From Spirochaetia bacterium (GTDB taxonomy: Bacteria > Spirochaetota > Spirochaetia > DSM-2461): a DNA stretch of 64,000 nt. Below the pieces are notes generated by a model that was not told the DNA's origin, made no database searches, and saw only the letters and a list, made by a program, of their open reading frames with translations. Shown one piece after another: positions 62,082-64,000 of the stretch. Both the position numbers and the translations under genes were made by a program. The stretch spans positions 992,001-1,056,000 of the forward strand of contig CAXXIA010000001.1 of the NCBI GenBank assembly GCA_963666985.2. Reading direction: 5' to 3'. Positions within the stretch are counted from its first letter, which is position 1. Each line of letters starts with the position of its first letter.

Positions 62082-63357
62082 CGTTCCCTTCCAATGGTTT
62101 TCTATCAATTAGAATATAGAATATTTCTTTATCGGCGTCAGCGAACTTCGGCACAGATGACTTTTCCGTAATGATGTTTTGTATTTGAACGGAATCGGCG
62201 GTATCGGCGGCGAATCGTATAATCAAAGGCCATTCTGTTACCTTGAGGATTTCTTTTTTTATAGAAGTCCCGGTTTCAGGCTCTTTAGGAGCAATCAAGA
62301 TCCTTAGGCCGCGAAAAACAGCTTCAAAACCGTTCCGTGCCTCGTCTTGGGTCACGATCAGGCGTCCTTCAAGATGTTCGCCCGTTCTTCGAATTTCAAG
62401 AGAGTGTTCATTCCTTTCGGCCGTTATTCCGCCGAATGTCCATTTCCCGCTTTTTCTAAGGGCGTTTCTGACGGCTTTCACACTCTTCCAAGGGTATCTG
62501 CGGTCCGGGAGTTCCGAATCATCGAACCTGTTTACGGCGTCCCAAATGGCCATGGCTCTGAAATATTCCGGCGAGGCGTCCCATTGAGCGGGATTCCAGC
62601 AATACCGTTTATCCTTTTGCAGCGAAGGAAGTTCCATGTCCATGCTTCGGCTCAAAGCATCGGAGACTTCCTCGGCTCGTTCCGAAAGAACATGAAGAGA
62701 AGACGGCCAACCCGGAAAAATATCCGTTATGAGCGGAAGTAATTCATTTCTCACGCGATTTCGGACATATCGGGAACCTTCGTTCGTGGAATCTTCCGCC
62801 CAAGGAATCCCGGCCTCCGAAAGAAAGCGCCTGAGCTCCCGACGCTCCACGGATAAAAGAGGCCTGAAAGACCTGCCCGTGCTCGCGGAGATTCCTTTTA
62901 AGCCTTCGGGACCCGAACCGGAAAGGAGCCTCATCATAACCGTTTCCAACTGATCGTCGGCCGTATGTCCGAAGAAAACGGCTTTTGCGGCTATTTTATC
63001 CGCATAATCATCCAGAATCCGATGGCGGGCCGTCCTGGCCGCTTGTTCCGGACCGCAGCCCAGATGTTCTTCAAGAGTACGGATCTCGGAGACCGCGTTC
63101 AAAACAGCAAACGGCACATCCCTTTCGCGGCAAAGTCTCCGGCAAAGCCGATTTTCTTCATCTTCTTCGCTTAACGTACGAATCCCGTGCACGACGCGCG
63201 AGGCATAAAGATCCCATCTGCGTTTTTCCCGTTCACGAACAAGCAGTTCCAGAAGAGAAACCGAATCTCCGCCGCCCGAAAGCGCTATAAGGATGCGGCA
63301 TCCTTGAGGAATCTCAAGAGTATCAAGACATTTGCCGAAACGCTTCTCAAGATTCAC
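62074..63357 (-). CDS. tilS: tRNA(Ile)-lysidine synthetase
   Basis: LSGGGDS, GHTADDQLET, RPLL, EDSTN, RNRVR. Confidence 0.93.
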   Translation of the reverse strand: MNLEKRFGKCLDTLEIPQGCRILIALSGGGDSVSLLELLVREREKRRWDLYASRVVHGIRTLSEEDEENRLCRRLCRERDVPFAVLNAVSEIRTLEEHLGCGPEQAARTARHRILDDYADKIAAKAVFFGHTADDQLETVMMRLLSGSGPEGLKGISASTGRSFRPLLSVERRELRRFLSEAGIPWAEDSTNEGSRYVRNRVRNELLPLITDIFPGWPSSLHVLSERAEEVSDALSRSMDMELPSLQKDKRYCWNPAQWDASPEYFRAMAIWDAVNRFDDSELPDRRYPWKSVKAVRNALRKSGKWTFGGITAERNEHSLEIRRTGEHLEGRLIVTQDEARNGFEAVFRGLRILIAPKEPETGTSIKKEILKVTEWPLIIRFAADTADSVQIQNIITEKSSVPKFADADKEIFYILIDRKPLEGNDA

Positions 63358-63991
63358 GCCGATTGAGTCCTTCAGCGACTTTTTGGAAAGGAAAAGCCGT
63401 TAAGTCCCGAACGGCGCGCGCCGCTCTCGTGCATGCAAAATCAATGGCGTTCCCATCTTCCCCCTCAGGTTCCCCAAGAACATGATCCACAACCGATATG
63501 CCCGGCGAGGGTCTGCCGATTCCTATATACAATCGAATAAAATCGGAGGACCCCAGGAAAGCGATGAGAGATTTCAAACCGTTATGTCCGGCATGTCCCC
63601 CGCCTTTTTTCAATCGGCAGGCCCCCGGCGGCAAATCCATGTTGTCGACAATGACAATAATATCGGAAGCGGAAATACCGTAACGGCGAACCAACGACGG
63701 CATCATCTCTCCCGAACGATTCATATATCCCTTGTATCTGAACGCCAGGATGGATCGCTCCGCTCCGGGATTTTCAATGCGGGCCTCGGCGTAAGATGAG
63801 AAGAGCCGACTCCTGAAATTCAGGCGCGGCTCTTCGGTTAGGCGATCAACGGAAATATATCCGACATTATGCCGGGTTCGTTCGTACTTCAATCCCGGAT
63901 TCCCCAATCCTATGACGAATAGAGGAATTTCAGCGGGATGCCGGGGATTCCTATTCCGCACTTTCCCCTGCGGCGCTCTCAACGCCCGCAT
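63347..63991 (-). CDS. pth: Peptidyl-tRNA hydrolase (start uncertain)
   Basis: GLGNPG..YERTRHNVG, YMNRSG, GHNGLKS, RLYIGIGRP. Confidence 0.92.
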   Translation of the reverse strand: MRALRAPQGKVRNRNPRHPAEIPLFVIGLGNPGLKYERTRHNVGYISVDRLTEEPRLNFRSRLFSSYAEARIENPGAERSILAFRYKGYMNRSGEMMPSLVRRYGISASDIIVIVDNMDLPPGACRLKKGGGHAGHNGLKSLIAFLGSSDFIRLYIGIGRPSPGISVVDHVLGEPEGEDGNAIDFACTRAARAVRDLTAFPFQKVAEGLNRRES

Positions 63992-64000
63992 CCGCTTCTT

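Overview
A mostly core-genome window from a spirochaete (Spirochaetia-type gene content and synteny: uvrA-lptD, E-C-A-B-D-I-K V-type ATPase, pth-tilS-ftsH, Maf/DUF115). Most genes are on the minus strand. Content in order: pgk (partial), gap, TPR protein, corC-ybeY-7TM/HD phosphodiesterase-phoH, lptD, uvrA, a probably Na+-coupled V-type ATPase operon whose subunit I is split by a 1-nt frameshift, rsgA, murI, rluD, yggS, a TPP riboswitch with thiBPQ, uvrB, HtrA-like protease, an IS1182 element with palindromic ends next to comM, rnhA, pgm, a GAF-PAS adenylate cyclase/HEAT-repeat pair, an nlpD-like gene and RpoS-like sigma factor, tRNA-Pro/tRNA-Asp, PpiD-like protein, Maf-like protein, lepA, a second S1C protease, ftsH, tilS and pth. 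The most unusual signals are (i) a tandem array of non-coding, hairpin-rich modules bounded by three copies of the tRNA-Pro 3' end, (ii) about ten genes with a -10 box 5-7 nt before the start codon (apparent leaderless transcription), and (iii) the subunit I split, which falls at a domain boundary and has a TGATG re-initiation overlap. No CRISPR array, prophage or integrase was seen. All calls come from reading the sequence and recalled family motifs; no searches were run.
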